The translations under genes were made by a program, and so were the position numbers. Below are positions 35,079 to 43,049 of a stretch of DNA of 64,000 nt, one piece after another. The first letter of the stretch is position 1. Every line of letters begins with the position of its first letter. The notes beneath the pieces are model-generated. The model did not search any database. It worked only from the letters and a program-made list of their open reading frames with translations, and had not been told where the DNA came from. The DNA lies in assembly GCF_048403405.1 (NCBI RefSeq), contig NZ_CP183129.1. One strand, given 5' to 3'. Origin of the DNA: Escherichia coli. GTDB taxonomy: Bacteria > Pseudomonadota > Gammaproteobacteria > Enterobacterales > Enterobacteriaceae.

Positions 35079-36449
35079 ATGGCTCGTTCTTTTAAAGTCT
35101 TATCGCCAACGGCAATCCTCGGGTATGGATTCCCGGAAGAGAGCTTCCGTAAAGCGATGGCAGAATCGCCCGATCTGATCGCCGTTGATGCAGGCTCTTC
35201 CGATCCTGGCCCCCACTACCTCGGGGCGGGCAAACCGTTTACCGATCGCGCAGGGGTCAAGCGCGATCTGCGCTATATGATCACCGCAGGCGTGCAAAAT
35301 AATATACCGGTGGTGATCGGAACGGCTGGCGGTTCTGGTGCCGCACCACACCTGGAGTGGTGCCGAGAAATAATTCATGAGATTGCCCAGGAAGAGCACC
35401 TCTCGTTCTCAATGGCGCTGATCCCGGCAGACGTTGACAAAGCCATCGTCCACCAGGCGCTGGATAACGGCAAAATCACGGCGCTGGAGTTTGTCCCGCC
35501 GTTAACCCACGACGCGATTGACGAAAGTACGTATATCGTTGCGCAAATGGGCATCGAACCCTTCCAGCGGGCGCTGAAAGAAGGCGCGCAAGTGGTGCTG
35601 GGCGGGCGCGCTTACGACCCGGCCTGCTTTGCTGCGCTTCCGATCATGCAAGGCTTTGATGAAGGTCTGGCGCTGCATTGTGGGAAAATCCTTGAATGCG
35701 CGGCAATCGCCGCAACGCCCGGCTCAGGCTCTGACTGTGCGATGGGCATCATTGATGACAACGGCTTTACGCTGAAGACATTTAATCCGAAGCGTAAATT
35801 TACCGAAACGTCAGCGGCTGCACACACACTGTATGAGAAATCCGATCCCTACTTCCTGCCTGGACCTGGCGGCGTGTTGAACCTGAAAGGCTGCACATTT
35901 AAAGCGGTCAATGACAGCGAAGTGTACGTCAGCGGTTCTAAGCATGAAGAAACGCCGTATGCCCTGAAACTGGAAGGTGCGCGACGAGTGGGCTTCCGCT
36001 GTCTGACCATCGCAGGAACGCGCGACCCGATCATGATCGCCGGGATCGATAAAATCATCGATGAAGTCAAAACCAGCGTTTCGCGTAACCTGTCGCTCGA
36101 CGATGACAGCATTCGCATCAATTTCCACCTGTACGGCAAAAACGGGGTGATGGGAGACCATGAACCGATGCAAACTGCCGGGCATGAGCTGGGGATTGTC
36201 CTTGATGTAGTTGCACCGACCCAGGAAATTGCCAACAGCGTTTGCTCGCTGGTGCGCTCTACCATGCTGCACTACGGCTATGAAAACCGCATCGCTACCG
36301 CAGGTAATCTGGCGTTCCCGTTCTCCCCTTCTGATATCCAGGGCGGGCCGGTATACGAATTTTCCATATATCACCTGATTGAAGCCAACGACGCTCTGCG
36401 TTTTGATTTCCATATTGAACAGGTGACGCCAGAAGGAGTTCAGGCATGA
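35079..36449 (+). CDS. Uncharacterised protein, probably DUF1446 / AtuA-like family
   Basis: 456-aa ORF starting 4 nt after the MAL stop; family assignment is from memory of AtuA-like N-terminal features and is not verified. Confidence 0.5.
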   Translation: MARSFKVLSPTAILGYGFPEESFRKAMAESPDLIAVDAGSSDPGPHYLGAGKPFTDRAGVKRDLRYMITAGVQNNIPVVIGTAGGSGAAPHLEWCREIIHEIAQEEHLSFSMALIPADVDKAIVHQALDNGKITALEFVPPLTHDAIDESTYIVAQMGIEPFQRALKEGAQVVLGGRAYDPACFAALPIMQGFDEGLALHCGKILECAAIAATPGSGSDCAMGIIDDNGFTLKTFNPKRKFTETSAAAHTLYEKSDPYFLPGPGGVLNLKGCTFKAVNDSEVYVSGSKHEETPYALKLEGARRVGFRCLTIAGTRDPIMIAGIDKIIDEVKTSVSRNLSLDDDSIRINFHLYGKNGVMGDHEPMQTAGHELGIVLDVVAPTQEIANSVCSLVRSTMLHYGYENRIATAGNLAFPFSPSDIQGGPVYEFSIYHLIEANDALRFDFHIEQVTPEGVQA

Positions 36450-36763
36450 AACAGTCAATTGTCTCACTGGCGCAAGTCATTCGTTCGAAAAATGCCGGAC
36501 CTTACGAACTGGTTTTAGATATTTTATTTAAAACCAAAGAAAACTATGAGCGTGTCAAATCATCAGGGCAATTAACCCCAGAACTGATCGCGCGCTTATA
36601 TCATGTTGAACCTGACTTTATTCATCGTATTGTCTGGTTTGATCCTTCTAACGCAGTAAAAATCGTCATGCCACGAGATATTATCTCCGGGAATGTAGGT
36701 GACAATGATGTCTATGGTGCACAGCAACATGCACCTTTATTAAATATGAGTTTCGATTTGTAA
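36446..36763 (+). CDS. Small uncharacterised protein, possibly DUF4387, coupled to the upstream ORF
   Basis: 105-aa ORF whose ATG overlaps the upstream stop (ATGA); family name is a tentative recollection. Confidence 0.45.
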   Translation: MKQSIVSLAQVIRSKNAGPYELVLDILFKTKENYERVKSSGQLTPELIARLYHVEPDFIHRIVWFDPSNAVKIVMPRDIISGNVGDNDVYGAQQHAPLLNMSFDL

Positions 36764-36846
36764 AAATCCGAATACTTTTAGCCAACTGACATCCCGTCAC
36801 TTATTGCAGTTCAACACTTCAGCTATTTGTAAGGTTGTAATAGCAG

Positions 36847-36878
36847 GTAGATGCCTGAATCTCTATTCGGGCATCTAC
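36847..36878 (+). terminator. Intra-operon stem-loop (possible partial terminator or attenuator)
   Basis: 9-bp perfect stem gtagatgcc / ggcatctac with a 14-nt loop, followed by a U-rich but interrupted tract (ttctcctgattctgattt); lies between the small coupled ORF and the transporter. Confidence 0.4.
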
Positions 36879-36923
36879 TTCTCCTGATTCTGATTTATCG
36901 CCGTGCACCTGATGGAGGAAAAA

Positions 36924-38204
36924 ATGAAGAAAATAAGTTTAACCACGATGATTCTTTTGGCGCTGGTACTTGGAATGATTATCGGCGTAGTGCTCAATAA
37001 CACTGCTTCACCGGAAACCGAAAAACTCTATGCGCAAGAAATATCGATATTCACGACGATTTTCTTACGACTGATAAAAATGATTATCGCTCCGTTAGTG
37101 GTCTCTACCCTGGTGGTAGGTATAGCTAAAATGGGCGATGCCAAAGCCCTTGGTCGTATTTTTTCTAAAACACTCTTTTTATTTATTTGCGCCTCATTGC
37201 TGTCAATTGCCTTAGGCTTGATAACAGTAAATTTCTTCATGCCAGGCACAGGAATTAATTTTGTTGCACACGGAGCCGAAACCACCGGAGTGGTCGCGTC
37301 AGAACCCTTTACGCTAAAAGTATTTATTTCGCATGCTTTCCCCACCAGCATTGTCGATGCCATGGCGCACAATGAAATTTTGCAAATCGTGGTGTTCTCA
37401 ATTTTCCTCGGCTGTAGCCTGACGGCGATTGGCGAGAAAGGCAGCGCCATCGTTCACGCCTTAGATTCGCTGGCACATGCCATGTTAAAGCTCACTGGCT
37501 ACGTCATGCTCTTCGCTCCCCTGACCGTATTCGCTGCTATTTCAGCATTGATTGCTGAACGAGGACTGGCAGTTATGGTGAGCGCCGGGATCTTTATGGG
37601 TGAATTTTATTTCACCATGTTATTACTTTGGGTGCTGCTTATCGGTCTGGCCATCGTTTATGTTGGCCCCTGCATCAGACGCCTGACCCGCGCCCTTTCG
37701 GAACCCGCCCTGCTGGCATTTACCACATCCAGTTCTGAAGCGGCTTTTCCGGGAACGCTTGAAAAACTGGAGCAATTTGGCGTTTCCCCCAAAATTGCCA
37801 GCTTTGTCTTACCCATTGGCTACTCATTTAATCTTGTTGGATCAATGGCCTACTGCTCCTTCGCCACAGTTTTCATCGCCCAGGCCTGCAATATCCATTT
37901 ATCCATCGGTGAGCAAATCACCATGCTGTTGATCCTGATGTTGACCTCGAAAGGAATGGCTGGCGTACCACGCGCCTCAATGGTGGTTATCGCCGCCACG
38001 CTCAACCAGTTCAATATTCCGGAAGCGGGGCTGATCTTGCTGATGGGCGTTGATCCGTTCCTTGATATGGGGCGTTCCGCGACAAACGTCATGAGCAACG
38101 CAATGGGCGCTGCGATGGTGAGTCGGTGGGAAGGCGAACATTTCGGCGAGGGTTGTCGGGGTAAAGCATTAAAACCCAATGAATCGAACGTTGCTCTGCC
38201 CTGA
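36924..38204 (+). CDS. Dicarboxylate/amino acid:cation symporter (DAACS family; GltP/DctA-like)
   Basis: Start at MKKISLTTMILL with RBS ggagg 5 nt upstream; about 426-aa polytopic protein; LRLIKMIIAPLV and surrounding TM pattern typical of DctA/GltP family carriers. Confidence 0.8.
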   Translation: MKKISLTTMILLALVLGMIIGVVLNNTASPETEKLYAQEISIFTTIFLRLIKMIIAPLVVSTLVVGIAKMGDAKALGRIFSKTLFLFICASLLSIALGLITVNFFMPGTGINFVAHGAETTGVVASEPFTLKVFISHAFPTSIVDAMAHNEILQIVVFSIFLGCSLTAIGEKGSAIVHALDSLAHAMLKLTGYVMLFAPLTVFAAISALIAERGLAVMVSAGIFMGEFYFTMLLLWVLLIGLAIVYVGPCIRRLTRALSEPALLAFTTSSSEAAFPGTLEKLEQFGVSPKIASFVLPIGYSFNLVGSMAYCSFATVFIAQACNIHLSIGEQITMLLILMLTSKGMAGVPRASMVVIAATLNQFNIPEAGLILLMGVDPFLDMGRSATNVMSNAMGAAMVSRWEGEHFGEGCRGKALKPNESNVALP

Positions 38205-38311
38205 GGGGGATCTTAAGCAATCAGAAGCCAATGACTACGCATTTTTATAAGCCGGATCATGAAGTTAGACGGCAATTAAGTAAAACTAACGTTTAAGGTG
38301 AAAAGTGAAAT

Positions 38312-39964
38312 ATGTCCAAACCATTTATCTGGCAAGAACCGTTTCTACAAAATAAAGACGGTACAGAATATACATTAATTAGCGATCAACATATTACAGT
38401 AACGGAATTAGACGGCGAAGAAGTAATAAAAATCGCTCCTGAAGCATTAACGCTGCTTGCCCGGCAGGCATTTTATGAAGCCTCTTTTTTCTTACGTTCC
38501 GCTCATTTGCAACAGGTCGCCAGCATTCTTAACGATCCGCAGGCCAGTAGTAATGATAAATACGTTGCGTTGCAGTTATTACGTAATGCTGAAGTCTCAG
38601 CAAAAGGGGTATTACCCAACTGTCAGGATACCGGCACCGCAACTATTGTTGCCAGTAAAGGGCAACAGATATGGACGGGAGGTAACGACGCTGAAGCCTT
38701 AAGCAAAGGCATTTACAGTACTTTCCAGGAAAATAACCTGCGCTTTTCACAAAATGCGCCGCTGGATATGTACACCGAAGTCAATACGCAAACCAATCTC
38801 CCGGCGCAGATTGATATCAGCGCTGTCGCTGGTGATGAGTACCATTTTCTCTGTATTAATAAAGGGGGCGGCTCTGCCAATAAAGCCGCGCTTTATCAGG
38901 AAACCAAATCCTTATTGCAACCAGAAAAACTGACCGCATTTTTAATCGAAAAAATGAAATCGCTGGGCACCGCTGCCTGCCCGCCTTACCACATCGCCTT
39001 TGTCGTCGGAGGGCTTTCAGCCGATCAAACCTTAAAAGTTGCCAAGCTGGCCTCAACGAAATATTACGACAATTTGCCCACCAGCGGAAACGAGCAAGGA
39101 CAAGCATTCCGTGATATTGAGCTGGAAAAAGTATTGCTCGAGGCCAGTCAGCAATTTGGTATTGGTGCGCAATTTGGAGGTAAATATTTCGCTCATGATA
39201 TTCGCGTCATTCGTCTGCCGCGTCACGGTGGCTCCTGCCCGATAGCTATGGCGCTCTCCTGTTCTGCCGATCGCAATATCAAAGCAAAAATTAACAAGCA
39301 CGGTATCTGGCTGGAAAAACTCGAACACAATCCGGGGCAATATATTCCAGCCTCACTGCGGGAAGAAAATCACGCGCAACATGTACAACTGGATCTAAAC
39401 CGTCCGTTGCGTGACGTGATGCAGGATCTCGCCAGATTACCGGTAGGCACCCGCGTGTCGTTAAGTGGTCCCATCGTAGTGGCACGCGATATCGCCCACG
39501 CCAAAATAAAAGCGCGGCTGGATAACGCCGAACCGATGCCGGATTACCTGAAGCATCATATTGTCTATTACGCTGGCCCGGCGAAAACACCGGAGAACAT
39601 GGCCTGCGGTTCACTGGGTCCAACCACGGGCGGTCGAATGGACGGTTATGTCGATACCTTCCAGGCGGCTGGCGGCAGTCTGGTGATGTTATCGAAAGGT
39701 AACCGCAGCCAGCAGGTCACCGATGCCTGTCACAAACATGGTGGCTTCAATCTGGGTAGTATTGGCGGTGCAGCTGCGTTACTGGCGCAAGAATATGTCA
39801 AAAGTCTGCGTTGCCTGGAATACCCGGAGCTGGGTATGGAAGCGGTGTGGATGATGGAAGTGGAAAATCTGCCCGCATTCATCCTGGTAGATGATAAAGG
39901 CAATAATTTCTTTAGTCAGTTTGAGCAGCAACACCGCTGCGCCAGTTGCCCTGCGGGACATTAA
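38312..39964 (+). CDS. fumD: Class I fumarate hydratase-type hydratase, probable mesaconase (FumD-like)
   Basis: 550 aa, same size class as FumA/FumB; N-terminal [22 protein letters not shown]... and [10 protein letters not shown] ([4Fe-4S] hydro-lyase signature region) recognised. Confidence 0.85.
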   Translation: MSKPFIWQEPFLQNKDGTEYTLISDQHITVTELDGEEVIKIAPEALTLLARQAFYEASFFLRSAHLQQVASILNDPQASSNDKYVALQLLRNAEVSAKGVLPNCQDTGTATIVASKGQQIWTGGNDAEALSKGIYSTFQENNLRFSQNAPLDMYTEVNTQTNLPAQIDISAVAGDEYHFLCINKGGGSANKAALYQETKSLLQPEKLTAFLIEKMKSLGTAACPPYHIAFVVGGLSADQTLKVAKLASTKYYDNLPTSGNEQGQAFRDIELEKVLLEASQQFGIGAQFGGKYFAHDIRVIRLPRHGGSCPIAMALSCSADRNIKAKINKHGIWLEKLEHNPGQYIPASLREENHAQHVQLDLNRPLRDVMQDLARLPVGTRVSLSGPIVVARDIAHAKIKARLDNAEPMPDYLKHHIVYYAGPAKTPENMACGSLGPTTGGRMDGYVDTFQAAGGSLVMLSKGNRSQQVTDACHKHGGFNLGSIGGAAALLAQEYVKSLRCLEYPELGMEAVWMMEVENLPAFILVDDKGNNFFSQFEQQHRCASCPAGH

Positions 39965-39973
39965 GGAAAATGA

Positions 39974-40576
39974 ATGGAAGCGCGAATTTCAACTGAACGG
40001 CATGTGCAGCGCCAGCAGAAATTGAAGGAACAGGTCGATACGCGCGTCGCGGCGGCGATAGAGAAAAAAGGGATTTTGATTGTTTTCACCGGCAATGGCA
40101 AAGGGAAATCCACTGCCGCGTTTGGTACTGTGACGCGCGCGGTGGGTCATGGCAAAACGGTGGGGGTTGCGCAGTACATCAAGGGGCAATGGGACAACGG
40201 CGAATACAACCTTCTCCAGCCGCTGGGGGTTGAGTTTCATATTATGGGAACCGGTTTTACCTGGGAGACACAGAACCGGCAAGCGGATATCGACGCGGCG
40301 AAAGAGGTCTGGTCGGAAAGCAAACGGATGCTGGCTGACAAGCGTTACGACTTAGTGGTGCTTGATGAGCTGACCTATATGCTGGCTTACCATTATCTGG
40401 ACACCGAAGAAGTGATCGCTTCTCTGCAAAACCGCCCGGCACAACAAAGTGTCATTGTCACCGGACGCGGTTGCCACAGTCAGATATTAAAAATGGCGGA
40501 TACGGTCAGCGAAATCCGCCCCGTCAAACATGCTTTTGATAACGGCATTCAGGCGCAGCCGGGTATCGACTGGTAA
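39974..40576 (+). CDS. Cob(I)yrinic acid a,c-diamide / cob(I)alamin adenosyltransferase (CobA/BtuR family)
   Basis: 200 aa; P-loop GNGKGKST; near-colinear with E. coli BtuR as I recall it (IIVFTGNGKGKTTAAFG...GFTWETQNR...VVLDELTYM...VKHAFD). Confidence 0.88.
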   Translation: MEARISTERHVQRQQKLKEQVDTRVAAAIEKKGILIVFTGNGKGKSTAAFGTVTRAVGHGKTVGVAQYIKGQWDNGEYNLLQPLGVEFHIMGTGFTWETQNRQADIDAAKEVWSESKRMLADKRYDLVVLDELTYMLAYHYLDTEEVIASLQNRPAQQSVIVTGRGCHSQILKMADTVSEIRPVKHAFDNGIQAQPGIDW

Positions 40577-40579
40577 TAA

Positions 40580-40606
40580 CTGCGCCTGGCATCCCGCCAG
40601 GCGCAG
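40580..40606. terminator. Bidirectional terminator between the adenosyltransferase gene and the convergent LysR gene
   Basis: Perfect 11-bp inverted repeat ctgcgcctggc / gccaggcgcag with a 5-nt loop, flanked by A/T; abuts both stop codons. Confidence 0.7.
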
Positions 40607-40609
40607 GTT

Positions 40610-41515
40610 TTACATCTCCTGCGGTACGACCGATTTCGCCAGCAACCATTCACGAAATTGCTGCAAGTGCGGCGAGTCAGACTTCTCTTCCTGCCACGTC
40701 ATAATAAAACGATTACCGGTACGAATAGGCACATCACAGGGAATCACCATATCGCCACTATCCAAATCATGTTGAATAGCGAACCGTGGTAACAGCGCCA
40801 CGCCGAGATTAGAGCGCACGGCGGCAATCAGCATTGAAAGCAAATCGAAACGTGGTCCGTTATTGACCAGCGGACTGCTAACGCCAGATAAAGCAAACCA
40901 CTCTTCCCAGCCAGTAATACGGGTGCTTTGATGCAGAAGTGGTAACTCAGTAAGCAGTTCTGCCACTGACAGTTTTTGATCGGACATTGCAAGCAAACTG
41001 CCGCTGCATACCGGCAAAATCTCCTCATCAAAGAGATATTCTACTTCCGCCCAGGGCGCGCAAAAATTTTCGCGCATAATGACAGCATCGTACTCCCGAT
41101 TAAGAAAATCGCCGTTATTAGCTAAAGAATGAATATTAACAATAATATCGGGATGTAACTTTGTGAATTCATGTAAATTTGGGATTAACCAGTGGGTACT
41201 AAAAGTAGGATTAACGGCAAGTTCAATAACCTGAACCGTAGGCTGCCAGGTCATAATGGTATTGGTATCGCGTTCCAGCTTATTTAATGTTTCTTTTACT
41301 ATCCCCAGGTAATACTTCCCTGCATCATTAAGAAAAATACGTTTTTTAGAGTGTGAAAATAACGGAGTATGTAAAAATTCCTCCAGCGCACTCACTTGTC
41401 TGAATACAGCACTTTGGGTTAACGCTAACTCCTCTGCCGCTCTGGTATAACTTTCATGACGTGCGACGACCTCAAAAGTCACCAGCAGCTCCGTTTTAGG
41501 TATTTTTCCTCGCAT
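40610..41515 (-). CDS. LysR-type transcriptional regulator
   Basis: 301 aa; N-terminal HTH (ESYTRAAEELALTQSAVFRQVSALEE) and LysR substrate-binding domain. Confidence 0.88.
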   Translation of the reverse strand: MRGKIPKTELLVTFEVVARHESYTRAAEELALTQSAVFRQVSALEEFLHTPLFSHSKKRIFLNDAGKYYLGIVKETLNKLERDTNTIMTWQPTVQVIELAVNPTFSTHWLIPNLHEFTKLHPDIIVNIHSLANNGDFLNREYDAVIMRENFCAPWAEVEYLFDEEILPVCSGSLLAMSDQKLSVAELLTELPLLHQSTRITGWEEWFALSGVSSPLVNNGPRFDLLSMLIAAVRSNLGVALLPRFAIQHDLDSGDMVIPCDVPIRTGNRFIMTWQEEKSDSPHLQQFREWLLAKSVVPQEM

Positions 41516-41554
41516 AATGCCGTCCCTTAAAAATAGTTTAAACCATCAAAAATA

Positions 41555-41576
41555 CATTACTTATTACGAAGTAATG
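41555..41576 (-). promoter_or_regulatory. Dyad-symmetric site upstream of the LysR gene (candidate autoregulatory operator)
   Basis: Perfect inverted repeat cattactt-attacg-aagtaatg centred about 50 bp upstream of the LysR start codon, in AT-rich DNA. Confidence 0.4.
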
Positions 41577-42080
41577 GTAACCAAAGCAGCAATAAATAAT
41601 TTATAAGAATCATGATTGACATTTATAACCCAGTAAGCCTGGCGTGACAAATATCTTAATCAGATAATAATAATCCGAAAAGCACAGCGCCTTTCGAATT
41701 ATCCGGAATCACATTAAGTGAAAATTATTAAATTGATATCATTTATCATATCTGTGGATATTATGATAAACAATCAACAAAGATTTTATTTTTGATTTAT
41801 AGCATATCCCTCTAAGAATTTTTGCGATGCTGCAATATCCGGGTAAAGACCCGATCCTGGCTGACAAATGGCACGACTTGACGATAAGCGGTGAACATCG
41901 CTTTTGTTGATTTACTTAACGCTACGGTCAAACGCTGGGAAGCCAGTGCATCAGGTAACGATTCGAAATTCGCCGTCGTTCTTATTCGTGGCTTGCGGTC
42001 GGTTGCGGCAATCCACAGTGGCTGTGGTCATGCAGTCAAGCCAGCGGTCAGATTTCGACCGTGGTTAACATTTAAGGCAT

Positions 42081-42179
42081 AAAAAAGGCCATCATACGAT
42101 GGCCAACCATGTCGAAACCGACAGCCCTTCGCCATTCCTGTAGAGGGAAGCGGCGAGGGCTATTTCTTATTACAGATAT
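42081..42179 (-). ncRNA. sdhX: Probable SdhX (RybD)-type sRNA from the sucD 3' UTR, with intrinsic terminator
   Basis: Directly downstream of the sucD stop; ends in hairpin ggccatcgtatgatggcc followed by a T run (read on the minus strand); K-12 has an sRNA at this position; the 5' boundary is undefined because it is a processing product. Confidence 0.55.
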
Positions 42180-43049
42180 TTATTTCAGAACAGTTTTCAG
42201 TGCTTCACCGATATCCGCCAGGCTGCGAACGGTTTTCACGCCTGCGGCTTCCAGAGCAGCGAATTTCTCATCCGCAGTCCCTTTTCCACCGGCAATGATC
42301 GCACCCGCGTGGCCCATACGTTTGCCTTTCGGCGCAGTCACACCAGCGATGTAACCCACAACAGGCTTGGTAACGTGCTCTTTGATGTACGCAGCCGCTT
42401 CTTCTTCAGCGCTACCGCCGATCTCACCGATCATCACGATCGCTTCGGTCTGCGGATCTTTTTCGAACATTTCGAGGATGTCGATAAAGTTAGAGCCAGG
42501 GATCGGGTCGCCGCCGATACCAACACAGGTCGACTGACCGAAACCGTAATCCGTGGTCTGTTTCACCGCTTCATAGGTCAGTGTACCGGAACGGGAAACG
42601 ATACCCACTTTACCCGGTTTGTGAATGTGACCAGGCTGGATACCGATTTTGCATTCACCCGGAGTGATAACGCCTGGGCAGTTCGGGCCGATCATGCGAA
42701 CGCCCGCTTCATCCAGTTTCACCTTCACGGTCAGCATATCCAGCGTCGGGATGCCTTCAGTGATGGTGATAATCAGTTTGATGCCTGCATCAATAGCTTC
42801 CAGAATGGAGTCTTTGCAGAACGGTGCTGGTACGTAGATAACAGAAGCGGTAGCGCCAGTAGCAGCAACAGCTTCACGCACGGTGTTGAACACCGGCAGG
42901 CCGAGGTGGGTGGTGCCGCCTTTACCTGGGGTTACGCCGCCAACCATTTTAGTGCCGTATGCAATGGCCTGTTCTGAGTGGAAAGTCCCCTGGCTACCGG
43001 TAAAGCCCTGGCAGATAACCTTGGTGTTTTTATCAATTAAAATGGACAT
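42180..43049 (-). CDS. sucD: Succinyl-CoA synthetase alpha subunit
   Basis: 289 aa, [24 protein letters not shown]...; recognised as SucD. Confidence 0.97.

Noticed and set aside
41891-42082. 63-aa plus-strand ORF between the LysR gene and the sucD 3'UTR
   Set aside because: No RBS and no recognisable similarity; it overlaps the antisense of the predicted SdhX terminator region and is more likely non-coding junction or remnant sequence.
27733-42179. Mobile-element hallmarks (integrase, transposase, IS inverted repeats, flanking direct repeats, tRNA target) at the island borders
   Set aside because: None were found by reading the sequence and ORF translations; the island is therefore not called a mobile_element, and replacement by homologous recombination is the better-supported interpretation.
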